From the IMG/VR virus record IMGVR_UViG_3300023296_000874, positions 1 through 64,000 of that record: a DNA stretch of 64,000 bases; one strand, written 5' to 3'. The notes beneath the pieces were generated by a model, which was not told where the DNA came from, searched no databases, and saw only the letters and a list, made by a program, of their open reading frames with translations. The position numbers and the translations under genes were made by a program. Numbering within the stretch: position 1 is the first letter of the stretch; the number at the start of each line of letters is the position of its first letter. Positions 43,692 through 53,238 of the stretch are shown here, one piece after another.

Positions 43692-44011
43692 TCAGGGTCC
43701 TCCGAGCGTTTCGGCCACTTGAGCCAGTAGATGACTTGAACAAAGGCAACGACAAGCAGCGGTAGGCTGAACACCATCCGATTCTCTTCCATGATGGTCG
43801 CTCGGTCGTTCCCGCGCAAGTCGTCCAGACGCAGCATCACCACCAAATAGAACACCGTCAGAAGGGCTATGGGCACTGCGAGTCCCGCTACTACCTGCCA
43901 GGGCAAAAGCTCTACGACATACACGAAGCCGAAGAGAGACAGGACGAGCATCCCGATGCACCAAACGGTCCGGCACGCGATGATCAGCGTTTTGGCCAGG
44001 AACTCGGTCAT
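43688..44011 (-). CDS. three-TM membrane protein
   Basis: Hydrophobic helices; ATGA coupling. Confidence 0.7.
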   Translation of the reverse strand: MTEFLAKTLIIACRTVWCIGMLVLSLFGFVYVVELLPWQVVAGLAVPIALLTVFYLVVMLRLDDLRGNDRATIMEENRMVFSLPLLVVAFVQVIYWLKWPKRSEDPE

Positions 44012-44487
44012 GCCGAGGCTTCTCCGTAGGCAGTGCAGAAGTGCTGGATGAGGCTGGTGATCGCAACCTGCTGGATGTCGGGGCAGCTACCCCACACGGG
44101 ACACCACTGGTGACACGGGTGTCCGACCTTGCCGTAGTCGGGGGCGTAGAAGGAGGCGATCTTCACGAGTGCCTCTGCCACGTCAGCGACGGTGTTCACG
44201 TCCGATACCTGACGCCTGAACCTCCGGATGTTGAACTTGCGCCCGACACCCTTCTGCTGGCCGTCAACCACCCGGATGGAAGTCACCTCGACGCCTTGAA
44301 GGTCGGGCTCGTAGTCGGTCACCATTCCGAGCAGCGTGGCGCGTACCACGTCACGGGTCATGGGAGCCGCAACCTCAAACTCCTCGGGGAGGTCCAGGTT
44401 CTGTTCACGTCCCGCGAGTAGCCGGTCAATCTCCTTGGGGAGCTCACCGTGCCAAAATGCGGGTCCTGTCATGCCGTTGATGCGCAT
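44008..44487 (-). CDS. hypothetical protein
   Basis: 159-aa ORF; C-terminal Cys cluster. Confidence 0.7.
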   Translation of the reverse strand: MRINGMTGPAFWHGELPKEIDRLLAGREQNLDLPEEFEVAAPMTRDVVRATLLGMVTDYEPDLQGVEVTSIRVVDGQQKGVGRKFNIRRFRRQVSDVNTVADVAEALVKIASFYAPDYGKVGHPCHQWCPVWGSCPDIQQVAITSLIQHFCTAYGEASA

Positions 44488-44490
44488 AGC

Positions 44491-44862
44491 TCATCCTTCC
44501 ATCAGTAGTGTCATCCTATCAGGATGAGACGCTTCTTGAGCGCGGTTCGCGGCTACGAGATAGTGAGCGTAGTCGCCGCCAGCCCTCTCGATGATTCCAA
44601 CCCAATCGCCGTGATAGATCACAGCCGCCCTTCGGTACGCCTCATCCTTCTTCATGAGCCGGGTGACTGTACCGGGAACGGTGCGCCACTCGCAGCTCTC
44701 GGGTCCGGTGTCCCACCTACACTCAATCCGAAGGTTGAGCAGGTCCTCGTGACCCATGTGAGCGTAGCGGTTGCGGATGATCACCCGGACGATGTTGTTC
44801 GCCCCCCGGATGTGCCAACGCTTCTCGGTGATGTCAGGATTCTCAGGTAAGTCCAAGGGCAT
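44491..44862 (-). CDS. hypothetical protein with terminal DRMTLLMEG tag
   Basis: ATG 44862 after AGGAGAG. Confidence 0.7.
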   Translation of the reverse strand: MPLDLPENPDITEKRWHIRGANNIVRVIIRNRYAHMGHEDLLNLRIECRWDTGPESCEWRTVPGTVTRLMKKDEAYRRAAVIYHGDWVGIIERAGGDYAHYLVAANRAQEASHPDRMTLLMEG

Positions 44863-45091
44863 CAACTCTCTCCTGTTCGGCTTCGTCATCCCAGTGCATG
44901 TGCAGAAGGCGGCGGGAAGGGCTTGACTCATCGAGCCCTTTGGCGTCCATCTCCTCCACCATTGCCCAGGTGAAGCTGCATGTGCCGTGTCCTTCTGCAT
45001 ACACGGTCACACCCTCGGGAATCTCCTCGATGATCTCTGCCATCACGAAGTCGTTGATGGGGTTCCAGAACACCCGTACCATTCGTGCCAC
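44843..45091 (-). CDS. small hypothetical protein
   Basis: GTG immediately after upstream stop. Confidence 0.65.
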   Translation of the reverse strand: MARMVRVFWNPINDFVMAEIIEEIPEGVTVYAEGHGTCSFTWAMVEEMDAKGLDESSPSRRLLHMHWDDEAEQERVDALGLT

Positions 45092-45322
45092 TCAAACCTC
45101 CATCAACAGTTCAAGACGGTCGACGGGGTCAGCCCACCCTATGAACTCCCAGCCGTGCTCATAGTTCCCCATGGGCAGGTCACCTACGCACCAGTAGTCA
45201 CCGTTCGCATCCCTAATCCGAGCACCGAAGTTCTCGGGATAGGTCAACACGACTGTTCCGGTAAGGTCGTGCCATGGTCCCACGAAGTGAATGATCATGC
45301 CCACCTCAGGTCCACGCTCCAT
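45092..45322 (-). CDS. small SH3-like protein with terminal DRLELLMEV tag
   Basis: PEVGMIIHF...GTVVLT...; abuts both neighbours. Confidence 0.75.
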   Translation of the reverse strand: MERGPEVGMIIHFVGPWHDLTGTVVLTYPENFGARIRDANGDYWCVGDLPMGNYEHGWEFIGWADPVDRLELLMEV

Positions 45323-45799
45323 TCAGTCCTCCTCGTCGTCAGCGAACAGCATCTTCAGCCTGAAGGCGTTGCCGTCCCGACATGCGGTACAGAGGCCTTC
45401 ACCATCGTCCATGAAGGTCGTGCCGCACTTGCACTCGTTGATCTCGAGTCTTGTGGATCGGGCAGCACGTAGACGTGGCTCGAAGGGGTGCTTGTTGTAC
45501 GGGCCTGGCTTCCACTCAGAGTCTCCGCACTCGTGCTTGTCAGAGTTGAAGATGGTCTCGTTGCAGAGCTCACACTCCCTGACGTTGATGCCTACCGCCG
45601 TGCGGATCTGATAGAACTTCTGGCACTTGCCGCAGTACCCGTTCTCCACGTCGCCGGGTGACCATGAAGTCATCTTGCAGACGCCACAAAGGATAGCCTG
45701 CCCATCCTCAACGATTGTCATCCAATCGTCGTAGGGCTGCCGTCCCAGAGATTGCACCATGAAGGGTCTTCGCCTTCGGTGTGGTGGGTCGTTGGGCAT
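45323..45799 (-). CDS. multi-Zn-ribbon protein with terminal FRLKMLFADDEED
   Basis: CGVC, CGKC, CELC, CKCG, CTAC. Confidence 0.7.
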   Translation of the reverse strand: MPNDPPHRRRRPFMVQSLGRQPYDDWMTIVEDGQAILCGVCKMTSWSPGDVENGYCGKCQKFYQIRTAVGINVRECELCNETIFNSDKHECGDSEWKPGPYNKHPFEPRLRAARSTRLEINECKCGTTFMDDGEGLCTACRDGNAFRLKMLFADDEED

Positions 45800-45800
45800 C

Positions 45801-46094
45801 TCAGAACTCGTTCCCGAATCGGCTCCGTCGGTTGCGTTGAGCCTCTTCGTGGTCACGGGCGCGCTCTGCCTTCTCTTCAGCGGCTTCGGCTGCAGCCGCT
45901 TCGACGGCCTCAAGGCCGGGCCAGTTGAGGATCTGCCCGGTAGCAGCGTTGATCTCCAGCTCGAGGTAGTCACCGCCACCGATGCCAATGCCAGAGGGCA
46001 CGTAGCCGTCATGGTCACTGCCATCGGGCCAGGTGATGCCGCACATGTCGCTCACCTTGCCGTTCACATGAATGGTCTTGATCTCGTCGCTCAT
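45801..46094 (-). CDS. hypothetical protein
   Basis: KVSDMC...HDGYVPSGIGIGGGDYLELEINAATGQILNW; ATGA coupling. Confidence 0.75.
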   Translation of the reverse strand: MSDEIKTIHVNGKVSDMCGITWPDGSDHDGYVPSGIGIGGGDYLELEINAATGQILNWPGLEAVEAAAAEAAEEKAERARDHEEAQRNRRSRFGNEF

Positions 46095-46822
46095 CCTCTC
46101 ACCTCAGCGGGCAGTCCTGCGGGGATGCCCAGAAGGTCGCAGAGCTCACTCTCGGAGCTCACGACGTTGACGCCCCATGCTGGAAACACGTTGCGAAGGA
46201 AGTTGTTGTGGTGGATGCGCTTGAAGTCACCCACCAGGAAGCTGGGCACCACAACCTGATAGCCCATGGCGGTCGCCCGCTGCACGATGGAGCTCACCAC
46301 GATGTGCGTCACGAAGCCGCCCACAACCACGCACACCTGGAGCGGGTGAAGGCCTTCATGCAAGCCCTCGAGCTGCTCCTTCAGGTCGGTCTCGAAGAAG
46401 CTGTCGAAGGTGGTCTTGGCGATTCGGTAGTCGATGTAGGGCGCAACGGCGTCCACCACTTCGGCCTCGAAGGAGTTCTCGTCAGCGTGCTCGCCGTACA
46501 CGGCAAGCTCCTTCATCTGGAGCGGGTCGTTCCAGTTGTGGCTGTCGATGGTGGCGAGCTGGGGAATGTCCGCACGCTTCAACGTCTGCGCCCACACCCC
46601 GAGGTGGTCACCCATCAGAGCGAGGTTGCGCTCACCGATGTGGAGCGCCGGGTAGCCGTCACCGCGCATCTTGCTCTTCTCAGAGTCAGGGATCTCAGCA
46701 GCGGTGCAAGCGAACGCCTTGGTGGCATCTGCCCAAACCATGATGGTCATCTGCGGGCTCACCGGCCCACCCATGGAGGGGATGTTGAGGTCGGGGAAGT
46801 ACTCAGCGTTGGGCGTGGGCAT
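46091..46822 (-). CDS. isochorismatase/nicotinamidase-fold protein lacking the canonical Cys
   Basis: VWADATKAF, IAKTTFDSFFET, VVGGFVTHIVVSS, GYQVVV. Confidence 0.7.
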   Translation of the reverse strand: MPTPNAEYFPDLNIPSMGGPVSPQMTIMVWADATKAFACTAAEIPDSEKSKMRGDGYPALHIGERNLALMGDHLGVWAQTLKRADIPQLATIDSHNWNDPLQMKELAVYGEHADENSFEAEVVDAVAPYIDYRIAKTTFDSFFETDLKEQLEGLHEGLHPLQVCVVVGGFVTHIVVSSIVQRATAMGYQVVVPSFLVGDFKRIHHNNFLRNVFPAWGVNVVSSESELCDLLGIPAGLPAEVRG

Positions 46823-46830
46823 TGTTGCTC

Positions 46831-47088
46831 CTACAGCAGTTCGGTGAGGAACCGTGGATCTTCGTTGTCGGTTTTGGGTGAAGGGAACTCCACCTCTACA
46901 TCCAGGGACACCTGGATGATGGAGATTCGGGAGGGGTCAACCTCTTCGAAAGCTTCAGAATCGAAGTGACGCCCGTTCTGCTCCTCGAGGTAGTGCTCCA
47001 AAGGAGTGCGAGTGCCATGCACCACACGCCCCTTCACACGGATGAGGTCTCGGGTCTTCAGGTCGATGAGTGCGTAGCCGTCAGTCAT
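46831..47088 (-). CDS. small hypothetical protein
   Basis: ATGA coupling; ends DPRFLTELL. Confidence 0.7.
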   Translation of the reverse strand: MTDGYALIDLKTRDLIRVKGRVVHGTRTPLEHYLEEQNGRHFDSEAFEEVDPSRISIIQVSLDVEVEFPSPKTDNEDPRFLTELL

Positions 47089-47360
47089 TCGAATTCCACC
47101 TCGTTGTCGGCATTCTCAGCCCACAACTCTGCAATCTCAGCACGGTCTTCAGCAGACAGGCCGAGGGTTTCCCACAAAGACTCCGGTACAGAGTCCAGCT
47201 CTTCGCCCTCACCGCTGTCGTAGATGTTGTCAAGCAACGACCACTCCGAAACTTGTAGGTGATTGGGGTCTTCATCAACACACCACCCCTGACGGAGGTA
47301 AGCCCTTCCGGCATCTGATAGTGCATCCAGCCCGAATACGAGCTTCTTGCTACGTGACAT
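47085..47360 (-). CDS. small acidic hypothetical protein
   Basis: ATG 47360 after GAGGGAAG. Confidence 0.65.
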   Translation of the reverse strand: MSRSKKLVFGLDALSDAGRAYLRQGWCVDEDPNHLQVSEWSLLDNIYDSGEGEELDSVPESLWETLGLSAEDRAEIAELWAENADNEVEFE

Positions 47361-47367
47361 GCTTCCC

Positions 47368-48114
47368 TCAGTCGTGGCAGGTTGCTCCGAGATCAACGAG
47401 GATCTCTTCCATCTCAGCATCCGCGCCGCCCTCGCGGAGCTCATCAGCGTACTCGTCCAGTCCGCCACCGGCAGCCTTGGCTACGGCGATCATCGTGGTC
47501 GCGAGGTTGTTGATGTTGCGGATGTCGATCATCACGCCACCGGAGTCGGTAGCCATCGTGGTCCACGTCGCCCGAGCCGCTGGGTCAGGACCACACAGCG
47601 CCATGTAGAAGGTCGCATCGTCCTTGACGGCGGCGAGCTCTGTCTGCCAGTTGAGGCCGTGGGGGTTGTTCCCGTAGGGTCCATTGCTCAGCGCGTGCGG
47701 AGGTGCGTCGCCTACCCACATGACGATCAGCTCGTCGCCCGCAGCCTTGGCGTGGGGCACATGGTAGGAGCGGAGGTAGCGGAGCACGTACTCCACGCAC
47801 TCAGGGTGGTCACCGCCGCTGGTCGAGCGGTTGGCGGCGAGCCAGCGCTCGATGGAGCTCGAGTCGTAGAAGAAGCTCAGGTCTGCGGTCTCTGCCTCGC
47901 CCGGTACCTGTCCCGTGTAGGAGAAGGATGGGTTGGTGGAGTCCTGGATCATGTTGGTCCGGTCGCAGTAGTCACCGTAGGCCAGGAAGCCTACCTCTGC
48001 ATCTTCATCCTCGTCGAGGACACGGCCAGCGATCAGTGCGACGTTGTTGCGCACCTCTCGGATCCAGGAGTTCATGGAACCCGTGGTGTCGAACACAAAC
48101 AGAAAGCGTCTCAT
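47368..48114 (-). CDS. von Willebrand factor type A domain protein
   Basis: FVFDTTGSM MIDAS, VGFLAYGDY, GGDHPE, VGDAPPH. Confidence 0.85.
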   Translation of the reverse strand: MRRFLFVFDTTGSMNSWIREVRNNVALIAGRVLDEDEDAEVGFLAYGDYCDRTNMIQDSTNPSFSYTGQVPGEAETADLSFFYDSSSIERWLAANRSTSGGDHPECVEYVLRYLRSYHVPHAKAAGDELIVMWVGDAPPHALSNGPYGNNPHGLNWQTELAAVKDDATFYMALCGPDPAARATWTTMATDSGGVMIDIRNINNLATTMIAVAKAAGGGLDEYADELREGGADAEMEEILVDLGATCHD

Positions 48115-48437
48115 GAAACTACCTCGTCGCGGGTCGCCAGCACATGGGTAGCCGCCTTGATCTTGAACAGGGAGATGTCACGCAGCTCATCGGGGAGCTG
48201 CTCGGCCTTGGTGCAGAAGTAAGCCGACACGGTGTCAAGGTCCTTGCCCGTGATCGCGCGGCTGTTCTCCAGCAGTGTGAGCTCGTCGCGGAGTGCGTCC
48301 ACCACAATCTCACCAAAGGTCTTCTGAGGGTCGCCAATGGAAGGCTTCCCTTCCAGGCTACCGGTCACTTGTCCGAAGATCAGGCTGTGATAGCAGTTGG
48401 CGGGCGTCATTTCCCGCACGGTCTTGTAGTCGAGCAC
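48111..48437 (-). CDS. hypothetical protein
   Basis: ATGA coupling to vWA gene. Confidence 0.65.
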   Translation of the reverse strand: MLDYKTVREMTPANCYHSLIFGQVTGSLEGKPSIGDPQKTFGEIVVDALRDELTLLENSRAITGKDLDTVSAYFCTKAEQLPDELRDISLFKIKAATHVLATRDEVVS

Positions 48438-48477
48438 ATGGCCTCCATTTGGTCACAGGACGTGCCTGACTTGCGTT

Positions 48478-49164
48478 TCAGGCCTCGAATTCTGCGTTGT
48501 GATCGTACTCGGGGCTACCCGGAGGGTGGCTGGCCTCGATGATCTGCTGCAAAGCGTTCGGCTCGATCTCATAGACGGGGTCGTGGATGATCACGGTCAC
48601 CACACGCCGTCCACCGAACCAGCGCGCCTTCTTCTGAGTGGGCTCACCGTCCTTGCGGCTCCAATGCGAGCCCCACAACCCTGAGATCGTCACCGGGAGC
48701 ACTGGGGCCACGTATCCGCCGTCGTGCATGGTGGGTCTCATGTAGTTGTAGCCCTGTCGCATCTGCTGGATGCCCGTAGCCTCCTCTCGGAGCCCGCCTT
48801 CGGGGAACACCACGATGCACTCACCGTCCATCAGGCGCTCTTGGGCAGTCTGGATGGTCTGGTTGCAGAGGAACCGGTCCACGCTTCGGGGCACAGCGGG
48901 TAGACAGCCAGCCAAGGAGAACAGCCACTTGGCTCGGTCGTAGTGGACGTGCCACAAGAGCGAGGTGACGGGTACCTTGAAAGCTGCCATCACGAACAAG
49001 AAGTCCGCGTAGGTGACGTGGTTCGGCGCAATGACGAACGGACGCCCCTTGGGAACCTTGTCCCGCCCCTTGACGTCCACCTTGTAGAAGGGGATCATGA
49101 GCAGTCGAAGTACGGGCCACACCATCCAGAAGAAGGCGAGACGTGCAAAGCGGCGTCGGTCCAT
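48478..49164 (-). CDS. lysophospholipid/1-acyl-glycerol-3-phosphate acyltransferase (PlsC family)
   Basis: APNHVTYAD (HxxxxD), VFPEGG, PVTISG. Confidence 0.9.
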   Translation of the reverse strand: MDRRRFARLAFFWMVWPVLRLLMIPFYKVDVKGRDKVPKGRPFVIAPNHVTYADFLFVMAAFKVPVTSLLWHVHYDRAKWLFSLAGCLPAVPRSVDRFLCNQTIQTAQERLMDGECIVVFPEGGLREEATGIQQMRQGYNYMRPTMHDGGYVAPVLPVTISGLWGSHWSRKDGEPTQKKARWFGGRRVVTVIIHDPVYEIEPNALQQIIEASHPPGSPEYDHNAEFEA

Positions 49165-49170
49165 GATCTC

Positions 49171-49359
49171 TCAGTCTCCTTGAACAATCAACAGCAGAGC
49201 AGCAAGCGAAGAGAAGGGGATGTGGCCCTCCTCACAGTCCTTGACTGAGTTCCGTATGAGGAGGGCAACGCCACCCCCATGAACCACAGCCCGCTTCTCA
49301 AGGAGCGACAAGATGGCCTCGTTGGATACCACCACAAGTTCGGTGCCGGTCTCAATCAC
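49171..49359 (-). CDS. small hypothetical protein
   Basis: GTG 49359 overlapping Pnk stop. Confidence 0.45.
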   Translation of the reverse strand: MIETGTELVVVSNEAILSLLEKRAVVHGGGVALLIRNSVKDCEEGHIPFSSLAALLLIVQGD

Positions 49360-50323
49360 CGAAGAAGTCCTTCGCCCACTCGAACTGGAAGCCCGCCCGT
49401 GCCGCAAAGGTCTGGTCGCTCTTCATGTCGCCCACGTAGATGCAGGCGTCCGGGTTGAGCTTGTACTTCTCGATGAACACGACGCCCATGCCTGCCATCG
49501 GCTTGCGCCAGTAGGAGCTCGGGGGTCCACCACGGTCAGGGGCGAACAGGTACTCGATGTCATGTCCGAGCTGCCGGTTGGTCTCATCGAAGCAGTCGCG
49601 GCAGGTGACGTCGCTGACGTACTTGGGGCTGTCCGAGGCTTGGCTCACACCGCTCTGGTTGCTGATGCCCAGGATCCGGTAGCCCTTGTCGATGTACTCC
49701 TGGATGATGGCGGTACGTCCCTCCAGAGCGCGCACGTCCCCGATCTCCTTGGGGTAGTGGTCACCACTGTTGGTCAGGCGCAACGTGCCGTCGTAGTCGA
49801 GCAGCAGAGCCTTCCCCGTGTACTCGGAGCCGAAGTCGGTCACCACGTCCACTTCTTCGATGCTGTCGAAGCCCTCGGCCATGGTCGGGTCTTCGAACTG
49901 CTTCCAGTACGCAAACTGAGCCATGGGCGGGAACATGTTCGGGTTCTTGCGGTGCTTCTTGTACTCGGCCTTGCCGAAGAGCACACCGAACTTCTGGATC
50001 TGACGCCGGGCCGCAAAGAGCTGAGCCTGCTCACGGGTGGTCTGTAGCCACAGCACGCGGACAGGTAGGTTGAGCTGCCTTGCGTTCACCATCAGGCCCC
50101 GGCGTGCGGCGACGTTCCGGTAGGTGTTGTCAAGCACGAAGCGGCGCTTCCCGCGCTTGTACTGCTCCTGCATCACCTTGTAGATCTTGCTGTCGGGACT
50201 GTTCAGCTTCCCGCCGATCTCGTCACGGTTGATGCGGGTGTAGCCCTGCTTCACGAGGGATTGGACGTGCGTGGTCTTCCCGCCGCCCGGAGGTCCCATG
50301 ACAATGACGATTTCGTGTTCCAT
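49352..50323 (-). CDS. polynucleotide kinase/3'-phosphatase-like protein (P-loop kinase plus HAD domain)
   Basis: GPPGGGKTT, INRDE, VLDNT; LLDYDGTL, ISNQSG, RKP, YVGD...D...A. Confidence 0.85.
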   Translation of the reverse strand: MEHEIVIVMGPPGGGKTTHVQSLVKQGYTRINRDEIGGKLNSPDSKIYKVMQEQYKRGKRRFVLDNTYRNVAARRGLMVNARQLNLPVRVLWLQTTREQAQLFAARRQIQKFGVLFGKAEYKKHRKNPNMFPPMAQFAYWKQFEDPTMAEGFDSIEEVDVVTDFGSEYTGKALLLDYDGTLRLTNSGDHYPKEIGDVRALEGRTAIIQEYIDKGYRILGISNQSGVSQASDSPKYVSDVTCRDCFDETNRQLGHDIEYLFAPDRGGPPSSYWRKPMAGMGVVFIEKYKLNPDACIYVGDMKSDQTFAARAGFQFEWAKDFFGD

Positions 50324-50581
50324 TCAATCCTCGAGTAGTAGCGCGAGCCTGTCCACTTCTTGTACAGGTGGTTCAACAACCTCAGGAGCCAGTTCGCGCG
50401 GTTCGTAATAGCCCGTCGTCCCGTCGTCATGACGGACGGTGAACACCGCGCCGTGCCCGTTCTTCAATCGGGTGATAATTCCGTACACGCCCCACTTCCT
50501 CGAGAGGAGTGCTTCGGGCATCCAGTCATTCGATATGGACTCAGGGCGCACGGTGAGCACGCGGTCGTTCACGGCAATCAT
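50324..50581 (-). CDS. small SH3-like protein with terminal DRLALLLED tag
   Basis: VNDRVL...GIITRL...VRHDDG...YEPREL. Confidence 0.75.
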   Translation of the reverse strand: MIAVNDRVLTVRPESISNDWMPEALLSRKWGVYGIITRLKNGHGAVFTVRHDDGTTGYYEPRELAPEVVEPPVQEVDRLALLLED

Positions 50582-51000
50582 ACTCCAATCTCCAGGTATG
50601 GGTTCTGAGGATCATTCGTGTTGGTGATGGCGATGATGCCGTCCAAATCTCTGAAAATGGTAGCCATCACTTCGTCGTAGGTGTTCCGGTTGATGATCTG
50701 GTCCCTGTGCTTGAGGCACTGACCCTCCGCGAGGAGGATGTCAGGGGTGTACCGCTCCATGGTGGAGGGCCTCCTGTCCAAGACGAGGAGCAGCCTCTTG
50801 TCCTCGTTGTTCGCCAGTTCGCGCCACCGAAGCAGGTACGCTGACCGGACCTGGTACATGGACAGCAACGAGGTCATTTCGACGTTGAGGTCTGCCCTTG
50901 CAGCCTCGGTAGCTGCAAGGGTTTGCATGGCTCCTTCTGACACCCCCTCTTCCGGAGGGGGGTCAATCTCAAGTAGGAGGTGAAGCCTATCGAGAGCCAC
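50578..51000 (-). CDS. hypothetical protein with N-terminal DRLHLLLEID tag
   Basis: Likely GTG start at 51000 overlapping prs end; ATGA coupling at 50578. Confidence 0.65.
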   Translation of the reverse strand: MALDRLHLLLEIDPPPEEGVSEGAMQTLAATEAARADLNVEMTSLLSMYQVRSAYLLRWRELANNEDKRLLLVLDRRPSTMERYTPDILLAEGQCLKHRDQIINRNTYDEVMATIFRDLDGIIAITNTNDPQNPYLEIGV

Positions 51001-51973
51001 CCCAGCCTCGCGGGAGGTGGTGAAGCACGGAGTCCACCAACACCGGAGCGCATCGCATGATGCGGAAGATGCCGGAGGTGCCTGGCTTGTCAAGGGTGTT
51101 CACCATCTTCACGGCGCGCGGGTGGCTGTCAAAGGAGTACACCGCGTCGAGTACGCCGTCGAACATGGCGTGCGTGTCGGCGGGGCTCTTGGTGTAGACG
51201 CCGTGGCTCAGGATCGCGCTGACGCCAATGGCACCCGCGTCCATGTAGCTCTTCGCTCCACCCACGAGGCTGCTACCGCTCCGGGTCATGTCGTCCACGA
51301 GGATCACGTACTTGCCCTTGACGTCGGCGCTGACGTTGGTCACCTCGGTGGTCCCGCCGTCGATGCGTCGCTTGCCGATGAAGGCCGGGAGCCAGCCACC
51401 CATCTCGGAGGCGATGTACTCCACACGCTTCGCACCACCGGCATCAGCGGAGCCAATCACGGCATCAGCGACGCCCTGCTCAGCCACGATCTCGCGGATC
51501 GCGTCGAGGATGATCGGCTGTCCACGAGAGTGGATCTGGTGGGCTCGGTCTCCGAAGTAGTGGGGGATGCCCTCTGCATGGAGATCGAGGAACACGATCC
51601 GGTTGCCGTTGTAGGCCTCGGGGATGGCGCTGAGCAGCCGGGCGCGCGTCTTGGCAGTCACCACCTCACGCGTCTTGGGCTTGGCGCGCTCCATGGTGCT
51701 GTACCCGAAGTAGGGGATCACGATGGTCAGAGAGCGAGCTCCGTAGGCCACAATCGCGCAGCAAGCGTCGAACATCTCCATCGTGTCGTTGTCGTTGATG
51801 GTGCCGCCGAGGTACACCACGTCACGGTCACGCACTGAGGTTTCGATGCGCTGGTACCGCTCCCCGTCAGGGAAGGTCTTGATCAGCACCTCGCCCCGGT
51901 CGAAGCAGGGGTCTACGTCAACAAACGTAGGGGCGAGGTACTCGTAGCTTCGGGTAGCAAAGAGAAGAGGCAC
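50987..51973 (-). CDS. prs: ribose-phosphate pyrophosphokinase family protein
   Basis: FPDGE, VIPYFGYS, DLH, SADAGGAKR, VDDMTRSGSS, SHGV. Confidence 0.9.
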   Translation of the reverse strand: MPLLFATRSYEYLAPTFVDVDPCFDRGEVLIKTFPDGERYQRIETSVRDRDVVYLGGTINDNDTMEMFDACCAIVAYGARSLTIVIPYFGYSTMERAKPKTREVVTAKTRARLLSAIPEAYNGNRIVFLDLHAEGIPHYFGDRAHQIHSRGQPIILDAIREIVAEQGVADAVIGSADAGGAKRVEYIASEMGGWLPAFIGKRRIDGGTTEVTNVSADVKGKYVILVDDMTRSGSSLVGGAKSYMDAGAIGVSAILSHGVYTKSPADTHAMFDGVLDAVYSFDSHPRAVKMVNTLDKPGTSGIFRIMRCAPVLVDSVLHHLPRGWGGSR

Positions 51974-51986
51974 GTTGGTTCTCCTT

Positions 51987-53174
51987 TTAGAGGACGCTCT
52001 CTACGATACGAACGTAGAGGTCATCCAGCTTGTCCATGTCGGGGCTGTAAGGTAGCACGGGAGTGAGCTCGGGAAGGGGCTCGAGGCCCTTCTTCACCCG
52101 CGCAGTCACACGCTGCTTCTCGGTACCGTAGTACGATGTGTAGATGTCACCGAGAGCGGCGTTCTCGCGATCAGCCCAGTCCACCAACTCGTCGTAGGTC
52201 CAGGCACCCTTGCGGATAGCGAGGAGCTCTTCACGGTCGATCCCGCCGCGCCACACATGCACCTTGCCCGTCGTCAAGATCTCCCGTCCCATGCGGAGCA
52301 GGCGAACGAGGTGGGCACCGTGCTTGGTGTCGTAGCCGGAGGCAGCTTCCAGCGCAGCCCGCTTGGGGTTCCGCTGACGCTTCCAGGTCTCGAAGCTCTT
52401 CCAGTTCTTTTGGGCGTCCTTGTACCGCTTCTCACCCTTGAGGGCCTCGAGCAGTCCTTCGTCGATCCCGATGGAGCGTGCGGCAGCAATCCACAGTTCA
52501 TCGTCGGTGGTCACGCCGATGGTGGCGAGGGTCTCAGCGATGTTGTCCTTGGCGCGGATCTTCTCGCTGTCGGCCATTTCGCCGAAGTCCCACTTCCACT
52601 CGTCAAGCTGCTTGTCGATGGCGGCGAGGAGCACGTTGCGCTGATGCTGCGTCACCACTTCCTCACCGAGGCCAAACTCCTCGCGGGTCGGCTTGTGGGT
52701 CGGAGGGTTGAGCAACCAGGCCCGGTGTCCCTTGATGCGCTTGAGCTGCTGGAAGGCGTAGCCGGTGAAGCGGTGCTTGGCGGCTCCACTCAGGAAGAGG
52801 TCCCGGTGTTCGCGGAGCAACTGCCCGGCCCAGTTGTGCATGAGCAGCTCTTCGTCGCGGCAGAAGAGCACGTCGAGCATTCCGGGGTTGCAGTCGGCGG
52901 TCAGCTTCATGAACTTGCCGAGGCCGTACACGACGCCCTCGAGCTTCTCGCGTTCGGCGGCGTCCATCTGCTCGGCGTCGAGGTACTTGCGGAAGGGTTC
53001 CATCTGCCCAGGCTTGTCGCACTGGTCGAAACGCTTGCGGAAGGTCAAGTGGTACGGACGTGGAGGTAGGCAGACGCCCTTGAGGTCTACGTCCGAAGTG
53101 TCGGTGTGGAGCCCGTAAGCTCGGGAACCAGCCACTCCAACGAGGATCGCAGAGTCATGTAGGTCGAAATCCAT
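51987..53174 (-). CDS. predicted nucleotidyltransferase (Pol-beta superfamily, PF10127-like)
   Basis: GSRAYGLHTDTSDVDLKGV, NPGMLDVLF, GYDTKHGAHLVRLL. Confidence 0.85.
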   Translation of the reverse strand: MDFDLHDSAILVGVAGSRAYGLHTDTSDVDLKGVCLPPRPYHLTFRKRFDQCDKPGQMEPFRKYLDAEQMDAAEREKLEGVVYGLGKFMKLTADCNPGMLDVLFCRDEELLMHNWAGQLLREHRDLFLSGAAKHRFTGYAFQQLKRIKGHRAWLLNPPTHKPTREEFGLGEEVVTQHQRNVLLAAIDKQLDEWKWDFGEMADSEKIRAKDNIAETLATIGVTTDDELWIAAARSIGIDEGLLEALKGEKRYKDAQKNWKSFETWKRQRNPKRAALEAASGYDTKHGAHLVRLLRMGREILTTGKVHVWRGGIDREELLAIRKGAWTYDELVDWADRENAALGDIYTSYYGTEKQRVTARVKKGLEPLPELTPVLPYSPDMDKLDDLYVRIVESVL

Positions 53175-53198
53175 TGTGGCCTCCTTGCACAGCTATAC

Positions 53199-53226
53199 AA
53201 CGCCACGAAGGCCCTGAAAGTCAGAT
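53199..53226 (-). promoter_or_regulatory. putative phage promoter ATCTGAC-N17-CGTT
   Basis: Motif upstream of ATG 53174; GGCCTTC can pair with SD GGAGGCC. Confidence 0.7.
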
Positions 53227-53238
53227 ACGTTCTTCTAT

